64,000 nucleotides of DNA from a virus (Duplodnaviria > Caudoviricetes), in IMG/VR virus record IMGVR_UViG_3300025383_000009, one strand, 5' to 3'. Both the position numbers and the translations under genes were made by a program. Below the pieces are notes generated by a model. That model was not told the origin of the DNA. It did not search any database and saw only the letters and a list, made by a program, of their open reading frames with translations. Shown piece by piece: positions 31,457 to 41,382 of the stretch (the stretch's first letter is position 1; every line of letters starts with the position of its first letter).

Positions 31457-31960
31457 TTAGCAGTTACAGTTGCAATTACAATTATTAGCATTGATTGACA
31501 AAGTTGTACCATTCCAGTTTAAGTGTCTTGGACCATATTCATTATATGCATAGTAACCTGATAATGTCATCTGATAAAGTTTTGTACTAGCTAAATTTTG
31601 TGAAACGCTGACCACATATACTCCAGTACCTCCTGTAGCGCCTGAAGTCTGTGATACAAAATATGTACCGTTTGCAACACCAACACCGTTTAATGCATTA
31701 GGACCAAGATTATTGCCGATAGCTATGCTACCAGATATGATACTTGTTACAGTTAGATTGGTTCCTGATATACTTCCAATAAAAACTGCAGCATGACTTA
31801 AATTATCAATTGTAATAAATGGATAGTAGTTGCCAAGATTATTAGTAAACTGACTAAGATTAGTAGGAGCACTAGTTAATTGTGATTGTGTAACATTTGC
31901 AGAAGATAGTGTGGTGTTATCTCCAAAAACTAATGATCCATTTGTTATTTTTGTTGACAT
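31457..31960 (-). CDS. Small fibre-like protein with Cys-rich C-terminus (..NNCNCNCNC); putative rSAM substrate
   Basis: N-terminal KITNGSLVFGDNTTLSSA, PTNLSQFTNNLGNYYPF, inserted GSISGTNLTVT domain, terminal (NC)4. Confidence 0.7.
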   Translation of the reverse strand: MSTKITNGSLVFGDNTTLSSANVTQSQLTSAPTNLSQFTNNLGNYYPFITIDNLSHAAVFIGSISGTNLTVTSIISGSIAIGNNLGPNALNGVGVANGTYFVSQTSGATGGTGVYVVSVSQNLASTKLYQMTLSGYYAYNEYGPRHLNWNGTTLSINANNCNCNCNC

Positions 31961-31968
31961 CTATTATC

Positions 31969-32253
31969 CTAACAATTACAGTTACAGTTACAGTTGCAAT
32001 TACCATCAGTTATCAATGTTAAATTGCCCGCACTGTTTACTCCAACACCTATATTAGCAAAAGCACCAGTACTGTACGCGGTAGTATCTACACCTGTGAC
32101 AGGGAAAAAACCACCATAGTTACCCAAGTCATTAGTAAATTGACTAAGGTTTGTTTTTTTGTTTGTTATATTTGCATATGGTAAATTAGCGCTACTTAGT
32201 GATGTGTTATCACCAAATGTTATATTACCATTACCTATCTTAGTTGTTGCCAT
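31969..32253 (-). CDS. Small fibre-like protein with Cys-rich C-terminus (..GNCNCNCNCNC); putative rSAM substrate
   Basis: N-terminal KIGNGNITFGDNTSLSSA, KTNLSQFTNDLGNYGGF, terminal (NC)5. Confidence 0.7.
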   Translation of the reverse strand: MATTKIGNGNITFGDNTSLSSANLPYANITNKKTNLSQFTNDLGNYGGFFPVTGVDTTAYSTGAFANIGVGVNSAGNLTLITDGNCNCNCNCNC

Positions 32254-32261
32254 CTTTTATC

Positions 32262-33173
32262 CTAGTTACCTTTTAAAGAGTTAACTTCTGCTCTTAATTC
32301 TTTGATAGCTTCGATCAACAGTGGTACTAATCTTTCATATCGTACGGTTAAGTACTGTGTATCTACTGGAGCGTCTGTAACGATCTCTGGTAGTACTGCT
32401 TGAACTTCTTGTGCAGATACGCCAACTTCCCTCTTAACAGCAAAACCTAAAGCTTGAGCTGATTCATTAGCTTCATAGTAGAAGCCAGATAAAGCATCAA
32501 CCTTATCAAGTGCATTTTCTATACCACCTAACTTTGTCTTTAATCTTTCGTCTGAGTAGTATGATGTGATTTGGTTTGTAGCACGGATCTCACCGACAGT
32601 ACCAGATGCAGTTGTACCAACACCAAGGCTGCTATATTGTATATTTGATGAACTACCAGGAATATCAAACCCTGTAGCTCCAGTAACTCTACCTGCGGTA
32701 TCAACTGTAATTCCTGGGATAACTGTAGCAGAACCGTATGTTGCAGCAGAAATACCAGTCGTAGTAAGCTTAGAACTTGGGATACTTCCAGCTAACATGG
32801 TAGCTGTCACTGTACCAGTATCTGTAGTATACACACCGTTTGTAACTGTACCAGCATTACCTGATACACTACCTGTGACGTTACCTGTTAAGTTTGCTGT
32901 GATGACGTTTGCAGCAAAGTTACCAGATCCATCCCTCTGTACGATCGTGTTTACTGTACTAGTAGTGGCGGGTAAGTAACCATGAAGCTTATCAGCGTCA
33001 AGCCCTGAACCAGAACCATCTACTGTTTCTAATTTAGTTAATATATCAGATGCTGTATAAGCTGATGCGAGCAACCTTGTACCAATATCTGTACTCAGAT
33101 TGGTAAAGTTAGTATCCATCTCAGTGTTTGTTAAAGGTGCACCTTTTACTGATCTAAGCGTTAGTGTTGTCAT
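32262..33173 (-). CDS. Short tail fibre with C-terminal peptidase S74 intramolecular chaperone
   Basis: LTLRSVKGAPLTNTEMDTNF anchor, GSGSGLDADKLHG, YYSDERLK...GVSAQEVQAVLPE..VRYERLVPLLIEAIKEL. Confidence 0.82.
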   Translation of the reverse strand: MTTLTLRSVKGAPLTNTEMDTNFTNLSTDIGTRLLASAYTASDILTKLETVDGSGSGLDADKLHGYLPATTSTVNTIVQRDGSGNFAANVITANLTGNVTGSVSGNAGTVTNGVYTTDTGTVTATMLAGSIPSSKLTTTGISAATYGSATVIPGITVDTAGRVTGATGFDIPGSSSNIQYSSLGVGTTASGTVGEIRATNQITSYYSDERLKTKLGGIENALDKVDALSGFYYEANESAQALGFAVKREVGVSAQEVQAVLPEIVTDAPVDTQYLTVRYERLVPLLIEAIKELRAEVNSLKGN

Positions 33174-33360
33174 TTGTCATCCGTTCTATGATTGTTTCTA
33201 GTTTATTTATTCTTTCTGCAAGATCGTCTATCTTGTTTTCTCTCTCAGCTATAGCGTTTTGTATAGCTCTATGCCTATTTAACTTTACAACATCAGTCTC
33301 TAGGATAGCTCCTGTATTAAGGTCCCTTACTAAAGTCTGGTTTTGTATCTTTGCTCTCAT
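33154..33360 (-). CDS. Small coiled-coil hypothetical protein typical of T4-like aquatic phages
   Basis: LVRDLNTGAIL followed by a coiled-coil; tightly coupled to its neighbours. Confidence 0.55.
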   Translation of the reverse strand: MRAKIQNQTLVRDLNTGAILETDVVKLNRHRAIQNAIAERENKIDDLAERINKLETIIERMTNDNTNA

Positions 33361-36300
33361 TATGTATCCAATGCAATGATTCTAAGGTTTTGTAGCAATG
33401 GTGTCACTGCTGTATTGCTTGATAATAATACTATCTTGATTTGGAAAGCATTAAACCTTGTTGCAATAGGTGAGTTTTGTGGCACACCATACTGATCAAA
33501 AGCACCAGTTGGGAAGAAACTATACTCTGAGAACTTATAGTTAGATGTTGATGGAGCTGCTGTGCTCTCAAGGTTCATTAGTACCCAATATTCATCAGTG
33601 ATAGGTGTCGTAGCAGAAGTTGGTAGTGTTCTATAGTAACACTTGATACTTGTACCAGCTGGAGCGTTGACATCAACCCTAACGTTTAAGTTTGTTGATT
33701 CAAACCCAGATGCAAGGTTGATAGGTTTACTTACGTATCTTGCAAAGGCTGTACCACCTGCAGATACTCCAGCTTCACCTGATGCATCATTGTTGATCTT
33801 ATTAAGAGCTGTCACTACAGCAACGCTTGATGTATCAATGAATGGAGATACTTGGTCGTTTGTAGTTGTTAGTGTAGCTTGTAACCTTAAGCTTGGAGTG
33901 CCACCGATACCAGCTGCAGCAGCTATCTGTTTCAATGATGGGTAGTCAATGTTTTGACTTAAGTTGATAGATGCCCATGCAGAGTCAAAGGCCGAACCGT
34001 TATATGCTTTTGCAGCCCATGTTAGTGTTGTACCTGTTGGGGTAACAGCCGCGATGTTAGTATATAATGTTTGATAGCTGAGTGCAGATGCAGGGTCTTC
34101 TATATCAAACTCAATGGTACCTGTAGAAGTAAAGCTTGCTCTGTTGATATTAAACATGAGGTCTGAGTTTTGATCAGCAGTCCATGTAGAAGCATTTTGT
34201 GATCTAAATAGAGAACCAATGTATGGTTGTTTATCTATCAACCTTGTACCATTTAATAGTGTTGAACCTACAGTTGCAGTAAACACTTCGTATTGGTTAG
34301 AGTTAGATGATACAACGATAGCATATTCACCAGGAACTAAATGGATAGGGCTTGGGAACATAAAGTTAGTAGCTACTGTTGCAGTATCAGAAACGTTTAC
34401 ATCTTCAGCGTTTAACGTTACAGAAGCAAATGGTATAGTACCAACTGAACTTGGATAACCATTAGCTGTAGTCCTGATCTCTACTGTTACAGGAACTGAA
34501 GTATCTGCAGACTTAAAGTATAAGTCGATAGATGTAACATGCATGCCTTGTGGGTATAATCCAGCATCTACAAGGAATGACTCTGCTGTAGGGTCATAAT
34601 AGTAACCAGTTGTAGTTGTTACTTGTTGGTTTTGTACAGCACGTGTAGTTAACAACGTTGTTTGTTCTTTTTGTAGTAGACCTACAGCTGTATACGTTGC
34701 TTGACCAACAGACTCTTCAAGAGCCATATCGTTTGTATTGTTATCAATTAGTCTGATGACTCTTTGACCTGTTGCAAAAGTATTAGCTGGAACATCAAAC
34801 TCAAATGCAACATTGCCATGTTCATCAGGGACTAATGCATCACCAAGAGCTGGTACAGCACTAACCGCTGTTATTTGTCCATATACACCACTAGATGAAC
34901 CTACAACGTATTGACCATTACTTGGAGTTACAGATGCACCAAATATGTATAGTAGTCTCTTTGTAGGATCAGATGCTAAAGGAGCAGAGAACAACGCTGC
35001 GCTAGCAGTACCTGTCTGTGTACCAGTATAACTTGTATTATGGAAAGTTAATGTCTCATAGTTAGCTGCATCAAACATACCTGTAGCACCATTTACTGTA
35101 AGCACTAGTAATGGTTTAACATACGATGAGATGCTTGTATTATCAAAGAATGGGTATAGACGAGCATTAGGTTTAAACTTGGTACCGACACCGATGATAG
35201 TACTTGGTCTGATATAAGGCACAGATTGAACTGATACAACGCTTGTTCCTAGTGTTGTAGTGCTTGTACTTACTAAGTTTGTATTTACTGTGCTTGATGT
35301 AGAAGTTGTAGCCCAACGCATACCAGGATGAACACCATAGTAACCAGTAACGACTGTATCACTAAGTGATGATGCATCAGGTAATTGGATAGTCACCACG
35401 TCATTTACTGATGGTAACACTGAGGTATCTACCCATTGATCAAATGGAGGGTCTAACTGGATATCACCTACATATCTGATAACATTGAATGGGTTGATGT
35501 TAGTGTATTCACTAGCAAGAGGTTGATTGATAGCTGATGTCTCAGTATATGATAGCGTTGCTATGTCACCTGTAACTTGTGTAGATACAGGATTAGCTGG
35601 AGTAAATTGATGATAGTTAACATCAAATGTTGCTCGTGCGTTTTGGTTATATGGATCAATAGCTACCTTAAAGTCAAGGTCTGCTGCGTTAGCGATTGAG
35701 TTGTTATTATAGTTTGTGGATGCAGAGTTCCATGTATTTGATCCATTGAACCATGCTGCCCACCAACCCCATGACTTCTTATCCCAATCTACTTGTGATG
35801 AAGCATATATGTCTGAGCTTGTAAAAGCATCTACTGCAAAGCCGTTCTTAAACTTCTCAAGGTTTGATGCATCAGTGATTGATGTACCTTGCGCTTGAGA
35901 TTCTAGTAATGATAGTTGTGTGTAGTATTCTAGATTTGCGATACGTTTTTCAAGACCGCCGATGTCATGCATGGTGTATCGTTCGTTGTTGATGTACTCA
36001 ACTTGAATGTCTGATACCTTTGCTGTATATGGAGGTATGACAAGGTTATAGATCGCCATGCTATTACCAATATTTGTGGGCACCGTGGGGTAGACTGCAG
36101 GAATGCCTGATAATACGGTAAGGTTTTTATCTGCCGTAGCAAGGATAGTGTCGATACGTGCAAGGTAATACTGGTATGCTGTAGTTAAACCAGTAGAGCT
36201 AGTTGGGTCTGGTACTTGACCGTTAGTTAATGATGTATCACCATCAGCCCTTCTAGGTCTGAAGTCAATACAATCTCTAAGGTTATACGTTACACCTGAT

Positions 36301-38522
36301 GAAGGGTCTATAAATGTTGGGATGTCTTCGTATGCTACAGGATATGAGTTTACTGCTAAGTATCCATTGCCACTATGACTAAAGTTTTTATATATCACTA
36401 ATAGGTAATTAGTATCTGTAGGTGCCGTACCTGTCAATACTAAGTTACCATGATCATAGATCTCTGAACGCTGACCGTTATCAACTATGTAGTTTGATGT
36501 AACTTCTGTATATGCTACTCCGTTCCAGTCAATAACCATTGTATTACTATCTACGTTAACAGCGGTAGGATTTGTTGAACCAGTGTTATATACAGCATAT
36601 ACTTGATATATGTCTGACACGCTTAGTGTATCTTTACCACCATAAGTTGTATTTAATCCAGATGCAGAACCAGTACCTAAGATAGCTGTAGAGTATCCGC
36701 TTAACCCTTTGGTCTTATATGATTGTGTAGTTAATGTAACTTCTGCGATGATTGTAGCAGTACATGAGAAGCCTGTATCATTAACATTAAATTGTGCCTG
36801 TGAAGCACTACCTGTAGATGATACTACGATCGATCTTGAGTTTGCATCTTCAAATGAGATGATAGACCCTACACTTAAACCTGTGGAACTCGCAGTTAAG
36901 TTTCCTGTGATGACAACATGGTAAGATTTATTCTTTATAGAATCTGTTAGTCCACCACCAAAACCTGTCGTTACGCCATCACCCTCAAAGTTTTCTGTAC
37001 TGTCTTCTGTGTCTATATGTGCAACTCCACCTGAGAAACTTACACCAGTAAATGTTCTTTGGATAGAATAACTGCCGTTTTGTATAGTCTTAACATATTG
37101 GTTAGGTATTGGGAATACTAAACCTGGACTGTCAGAGCCGTATAGGATAGTATTACCAGAACCACCTACTTTACTTGATGCATCGATGTCAGCTGATGAT
37201 GTAGATGTGATGATAGACTTAACGCTCTCAAACTTTTGACCACTATTCATCGTGATGTTGAATAGGTACATCGCATAGACCGCTGAAGTTCCTGGGATAC
37301 CTGAAACTTGCTGTAAGAACCTTACTTGTGCAGTACCGATCTTATATGTTGATCCAGACACTGAAGCAGTCACTACGCTATGTAGTTCTACAGACGTGTA
37401 TGGTACAGTTGAAAGTTCAGTTATCTTTTTATTTGTGACGAATGGACCAACTAAGTTTGTAACGTTTACATAGTTACCGTAGTTTGTATTAACATCTTTA
37501 CTGATTAAACTTGAAGGAGTCCTTGCTCTAGGTACAGACAAAGGCGTTGTACTGATAGTTTCAAATTCATATCCTTGAACATAACCTTTACCAGGACCTA
37601 ATGCGGCAGTGAAGAACCCTGTGGCTCCATCAACTGCATCTGTGATATGAAGAGGCCATACATTAACTGTATAGTTACCTGCTTCATCGAATGTCCTTTG
37701 TGCCATCTCATTGCCGATAGCAGAGTATACAGTGTTAGTTTTATTAACTACTAATGCTCCATCAACTATACGAGCGATCTCCGTGAAACCATCAACAGAG
37801 TCTGTTAAACCTTTTGCTGTTAAAGTTAAGCTTGCATGGTAGCGATCTGCACCAGGAGCTGCATAGTTTGGTGTACCAGTAGCATTATCAAGTAATGATG
37901 TATCTGTGTTTGATGATGCAAAGCTTTCATTGAGTACAAGACCTACTGATGCTGAAGATGTATTGGAGTACGCATCTACTGCAATGGTTTGTGGTTCAAC
38001 ATATACGAACATACCGTTAACAAAGAATACACCTGAATCAATAGAGAATGCCATTGACTTATTGAGTGATGAACCAGTTTGGATAGTTGCTACAGCTGTA
38101 CCTGAGATAGTTAAGTTCTCACCAACAGAAAATGCAGAACCAGAAGTGATTGATACTAATAAGGTTTTAGGTTGTGTAGAAGTAGCGTCTAAGCTTAGCT
38201 TGACTAAAGCTTTAGTACCAGAAGAAGCACCAACGATGGTAGCTCCATTAAATATAGCCATGTTGACAGCATTACCGCCAAATGATGGGTCAATCTTGAT
38301 TGACTGTAGAGTATTTTCAAATAAACGGCTGCAACCAGTAACCACTGTACCGTTAACAAATATATTCTTACCAAACTTGGCTATTTGGTCTTGGATCTGT
38401 GTCTGGAGTTGTGTTAACTCACGGGCTTGGACAGCATATCCAGGTTTAAATAGTATACGATGATAGTTCTTGGTATCATCAAAGTCATCAAAGTATGGAT
38501 TTGTGGTAAAATTAAGTGACAT
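33360..38522 (-). CDS. Large baseplate-associated structural protein (DUF4815 / VrlC-like)
   Basis: N-terminal NPYFDDFD..KNYHRILFKPGYAVQARELTQLQT, NYAAPGADR, FKNGFAVDAF; 1720 aa. Confidence 0.8.
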   Translation of the reverse strand: MSLNFTTNPYFDDFDDTKNYHRILFKPGYAVQARELTQLQTQIQDQIAKFGKNIFVNGTVVTGCSRLFENTLQSIKIDPSFGGNAVNMAIFNGATIVGASSGTKALVKLSLDATSTQPKTLLVSITSGSAFSVGENLTISGTAVATIQTGSSLNKSMAFSIDSGVFFVNGMFVYVEPQTIAVDAYSNTSSASVGLVLNESFASSNTDTSLLDNATGTPNYAAPGADRYHASLTLTAKGLTDSVDGFTEIARIVDGALVVNKTNTVYSAIGNEMAQRTFDEAGNYTVNVWPLHITDAVDGATGFFTAALGPGKGYVQGYEFETISTTPLSVPRARTPSSLISKDVNTNYGNYVNVTNLVGPFVTNKKITELSTVPYTSVELHSVVTASVSGSTYKIGTAQVRFLQQVSGIPGTSAVYAMYLFNITMNSGQKFESVKSIITSTSSADIDASSKVGGSGNTILYGSDSPGLVFPIPNQYVKTIQNGSYSIQRTFTGVSFSGGVAHIDTEDSTENFEGDGVTTGFGGGLTDSIKNKSYHVVITGNLTASSTGLSVGSIISFEDANSRSIVVSSTGSASQAQFNVNDTGFSCTATIIAEVTLTTQSYKTKGLSGYSTAILGTGSASGLNTTYGGKDTLSVSDIYQVYAVYNTGSTNPTAVNVDSNTMVIDWNGVAYTEVTSNYIVDNGQRSEIYDHGNLVLTGTAPTDTNYLLVIYKNFSHSGNGYLAVNSYPVAYEDIPTFIDPSSGVTYNLRDCIDFRPRRADGDTSLTNGQVPDPTSSTGLTTAYQYYLARIDTILATADKNLTVLSGIPAVYPTVPTNIGNSMAIYNLVIPPYTAKVSDIQVEYINNERYTMHDIGGLEKRIANLEYYTQLSLLESQAQGTSITDASNLEKFKNGFAVDAFTSSDIYASSQVDWDKKSWGWWAAWFNGSNTWNSASTNYNNNSIANAADLDFKVAIDPYNQNARATFDVNYHQFTPANPVSTQVTGDIATLSYTETSAINQPLASEYTNINPFNVIRYVGDIQLDPPFDQWVDTSVLPSVNDVVTIQLPDASSLSDTVVTGYYGVHPGMRWATTSTSSTVNTNLVSTSTTTLGTSVVSVQSVPYIRPSTIIGVGTKFKPNARLYPFFDNTSISSYVKPLLVLTVNGATGMFDAANYETLTFHNTSYTGTQTGTASAALFSAPLASDPTKRLLYIFGASVTPSNGQYVVGSSSGVYGQITAVSAVPALGDALVPDEHGNVAFEFDVPANTFATGQRVIRLIDNNTNDMALEESVGQATYTAVGLLQKEQTTLLTTRAVQNQQVTTTTGYYYDPTAESFLVDAGLYPQGMHVTSIDLYFKSADTSVPVTVEIRTTANGYPSSVGTIPFASVTLNAEDVNVSDTATVATNFMFPSPIHLVPGEYAIVVSSNSNQYEVFTATVGSTLLNGTRLIDKQPYIGSLFRSQNASTWTADQNSDLMFNINRASFTSTGTIEFDIEDPASALSYQTLYTNIAAVTPTGTTLTWAAKAYNGSAFDSAWASINLSQNIDYPSLKQIAAAAGIGGTPSLRLQATLTTTNDQVSPFIDTSSVAVVTALNKINNDASGEAGVSAGGTAFARYVSKPINLASGFESTNLNVRVDVNAPAGTSIKCYYRTLPTSATTPITDEYWVLMNLESTAAPSTSNYKFSEYSFFPTGAFDQYGVPQNSPIATRFNAFQIKIVLLSSNTAVTPLLQNLRIIALDT

Positions 38523-38547
38523 ATCTACTCTTTCAATTGATTATATC

Positions 38548-38555
38548 TATTTATA
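38548..38555 (-). promoter_or_regulatory. T4-type late promoter TATAAATA
   Basis: Exact motif overlapping the gp8 stop, about 26 nt upstream of the 38522 start. Confidence 0.7.
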
Positions 38556-41379
38556 CGGTTAAAAGGGTTCTTACTGTAACAATTTGCTGTGCAGAAGGAG
38601 CAAACGGCTCCATGACTTCAACAAAGAGGAAGTCCCCAGAGAATGGGTTTATAGTCCTATTTGTAACAGCTGTAACATCTATTGTAGTAATCGGCACTGT
38701 AGGGTTTGGTATCAATGCAATACCAGTAACTGGATTAATATCAAAAGGATCTGAGATCAGTGTATCACCCACTTCTATAGAGAAGTCATTGAATACTGAT
38801 AACAAGATCTGGGTTGAATTAAAGTCAACCACCCTATACTTCTTATAGTTTGCTGAGCCGTTACTTTCTACTTTATACAACAGCATGTCATGCAATATCT
38901 TTGAGACATCAAAACTACCAGTGATTAGTACACAACCAGAACCTACAGATCCTGTGAACTTAGGTCCACTGTTTCCTGTATACCCTTGAACATTAGACTG
39001 CTGTGATTGTAAGTTTCTAATCAGACCACACTTACGGTAGTCATTATTGATGATGAATCCTTGGTTAACTTCTGAAGCAAATGAACTATAGAAAGCTAAT
39101 GTATTTGCATATAGCTCTTCAACAGCGTTTGAACCGTGACCACCTAATGGTGACATGATTGCTCTTGCTACAGCTCCTGTACCGTTACCTTCAATGATCA
39201 CGTCTGTCCAAGTATATCCAGAACCTACATTTGTCATCTCGATAGCTACTACTTTACCTCCAGAACATACAGCACGTGCTGTAGCACCTGTACCATCACC
39301 TTTGATAGTTATTGTGGCAGAACCATAACCTGTGCCTTGATCTACTACTTTGATGACTTCAATCGTTCCAGGTACAGCGAGTAACTCAACGTTTGCTTGA
39401 AGCGTGTTGATATTACCAATATTTAGATTAGGCGTTAATACTGCACCAGAACCGGATCCAGATGTGTCTATCACCGTGATGTTAGCTGATGTATACCCTA
39501 TACCACCATCTAAGATAGCATAACCAACGATATTTCCACCAGTACCTAAACTAGCAAAAGCGGTTGCCCTAGAAGCAGATGTTTGTATTACTAACTTATG
39601 ATCTGCACCAGTACCAGCTGTTATTGATATGTATGTACCGTTAGTTGCATCAAGAGCTGAAGTTGCTAGTTGGATTGTATTTGTATCAACGACTATGACA
39701 TAGTAGTTAAATGTAGAAGTTAAACCTCCAACACCAGTACCACCATTATCGATATACTCTACTTCATCACCAGTATTAAACAGATGACCATCATAAGTTA
39801 TGGTGTGATTAGTATTATTAACTGCAGTCGCTGCATTAAACGTATAAGTTGGGCGATCTATAGTAACGCTAGGAGCAGTGAGGTATCCATTACCAGCTAG
39901 AGTTACTCCCACATATGTCACTACACCGTTTGATACGTTAGCTATAGCATTAGCTGTAGTACCACTTGGTGGGTCTGAAATAGTTACGTTAGGAGTCTCA
40001 ACGTATTGTGCACCTTCATTAGTTAAAGATACAGTGTATAAGCTATCAACCCCTGCACTAATGATTAAGGATATCTCTGCTTCTGTCTTTGTGATATGAG
40101 GTGTTATGACTGCATCAGCACCTATATACTGTATGCTTGCAGTACCATCTGTAATGATGTTACCAGTAGTATCAATAGGAGCTACAGTGCCTGTTGTGCC
40201 AGCAGTAGTAACTTCATAATAGATACCATTTGAATTTAATATCTCGCCCAGAGTCACTGTAGTTAGTCGACTCCAGTTTGTACTTCCTGATATGGCTTGT
40301 GATACAGTGATGGTAGGAGCAGAGCTATATCCATATCCAGAATCTATTAAGTTAACTTGGCTAACAGATTCAGAAGTGATGACAGCATTGGCCACAGCTG
40401 TAGTACCAACATATTGAAGTTGTGCTGTACCATTATTGACTGTGCCACTTGTATGGATTGGTCCAGCATTACCTAACTGGGTACCAGAAATTACAAGGTA
40501 AAAGTTTGTACGGTTAGTAGCTGGGTTTGTGTATGCTACGTAGCTTCCAGTATTAAGGTTAAAGTATGCAGACCATTCAATATAGTTTGTGATAGGAGGA
40601 GATACCGTAAGCGTGATAGTAGAATAACCATAACCAGGGTTTTGTATGATTAACGAGTCGATAGTATATGGGTTTGCTTCTAAGTAACCATCACCGCTGA
40701 TGACAGCAGAAGTAGTGCCTTGATTATATCCATAACCACCATTGACGATGTTGATGTTATTGATAGTACCATTAGAATAGAACTGGTTAGTTAAAGCTGT
40801 AGATACTGGCATCCAAGTAGAGGATAAGAACCTATTCCTTAATGACACAGGGATGGTATACATGAACTTCCACTTATAACCATCAGCTGTAGTAAATATG
40901 TTTTGCGTTGTACCTATAGGCATATAGGTTGATTTTGCATTGTAGTTGTTATCAATACACTTGTATACGTTATAGTCAGTTGTTAATACATAGAAGTTAG
41001 CTGTATCTAAACCACCTGCACCAGAGTATGCTGGACCGTATCCATAACCTTCTGTTGGGTTGATAGCATCATCATACATATCATATACTGTATCACTAAC
41101 CCAATCAATACGACGGATAACTAATGATACATCACCAGATGTGATCTTCTTAGCAGTTAGTATATCTCGACGTACGTGTAGTTCATACCTAAAGTTGTCT
41201 TGTGGTGCACCTGGATAATCACCATCAGATGAAGGGATGAAAGGGCTTAAGAAGTCCTGCCATGTATTCTCTTTACCAATCCAATGATAATAACTTGATG
41301 TGTTAGATACCACCTCATTATAGACAGCTTGTGCTATAGTGGTCTTAAAGATTGGCTTGAATATTGAGTATGAGATCAT
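38551..41379 (-). CDS. gp8: Baseplate wedge protein gp8, expanded by inserted repeats
   Basis: VIRRIDW, NFYVLTTDYNVYKCIDNN, DGYKWKFMYTI; middle holds many NxGxGYxxAPxVTI repeats. Confidence 0.82.
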   Translation of the reverse strand: MISYSIFKPIFKTTIAQAVYNEVVSNTSSYYHWIGKENTWQDFLSPFIPSSDGDYPGAPQDNFRYELHVRRDILTAKKITSGDVSLVIRRIDWVSDTVYDMYDDAINPTEGYGYGPAYSGAGGLDTANFYVLTTDYNVYKCIDNNYNAKSTYMPIGTTQNIFTTADGYKWKFMYTIPVSLRNRFLSSTWMPVSTALTNQFYSNGTINNINIVNGGYGYNQGTTSAVISGDGYLEANPYTIDSLIIQNPGYGYSTITLTVSPPITNYIEWSAYFNLNTGSYVAYTNPATNRTNFYLVISGTQLGNAGPIHTSGTVNNGTAQLQYVGTTAVANAVITSESVSQVNLIDSGYGYSSAPTITVSQAISGSTNWSRLTTVTLGEILNSNGIYYEVTTAGTTGTVAPIDTTGNIITDGTASIQYIGADAVITPHITKTEAEISLIISAGVDSLYTVSLTNEGAQYVETPNVTISDPPSGTTANAIANVSNGVVTYVGVTLAGNGYLTAPSVTIDRPTYTFNAATAVNNTNHTITYDGHLFNTGDEVEYIDNGGTGVGGLTSTFNYYVIVVDTNTIQLATSALDATNGTYISITAGTGADHKLVIQTSASRATAFASLGTGGNIVGYAILDGGIGYTSANITVIDTSGSGSGAVLTPNLNIGNINTLQANVELLAVPGTIEVIKVVDQGTGYGSATITIKGDGTGATARAVCSGGKVVAIEMTNVGSGYTWTDVIIEGNGTGAVARAIMSPLGGHGSNAVEELYANTLAFYSSFASEVNQGFIINNDYRKCGLIRNLQSQQSNVQGYTGNSGPKFTGSVGSGCVLITGSFDVSKILHDMLLYKVESNGSANYKKYRVVDFNSTQILLSVFNDFSIEVGDTLISDPFDINPVTGIALIPNPTVPITTIDVTAVTNRTINPFSGDFLFVEVMEPFAPSAQQIVTVRTLLTV

Positions 41380-41382
41380 TTA

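Noticed and set aside
31082-32000. (NC)n tails as simple DNA microsatellite slippage
   Set aside because: Codons alternate AAT/AAC and TGT/TGC, one tail has an Ala substitution, and the motif recurs in three diverged paralogs, so selection is on the protein
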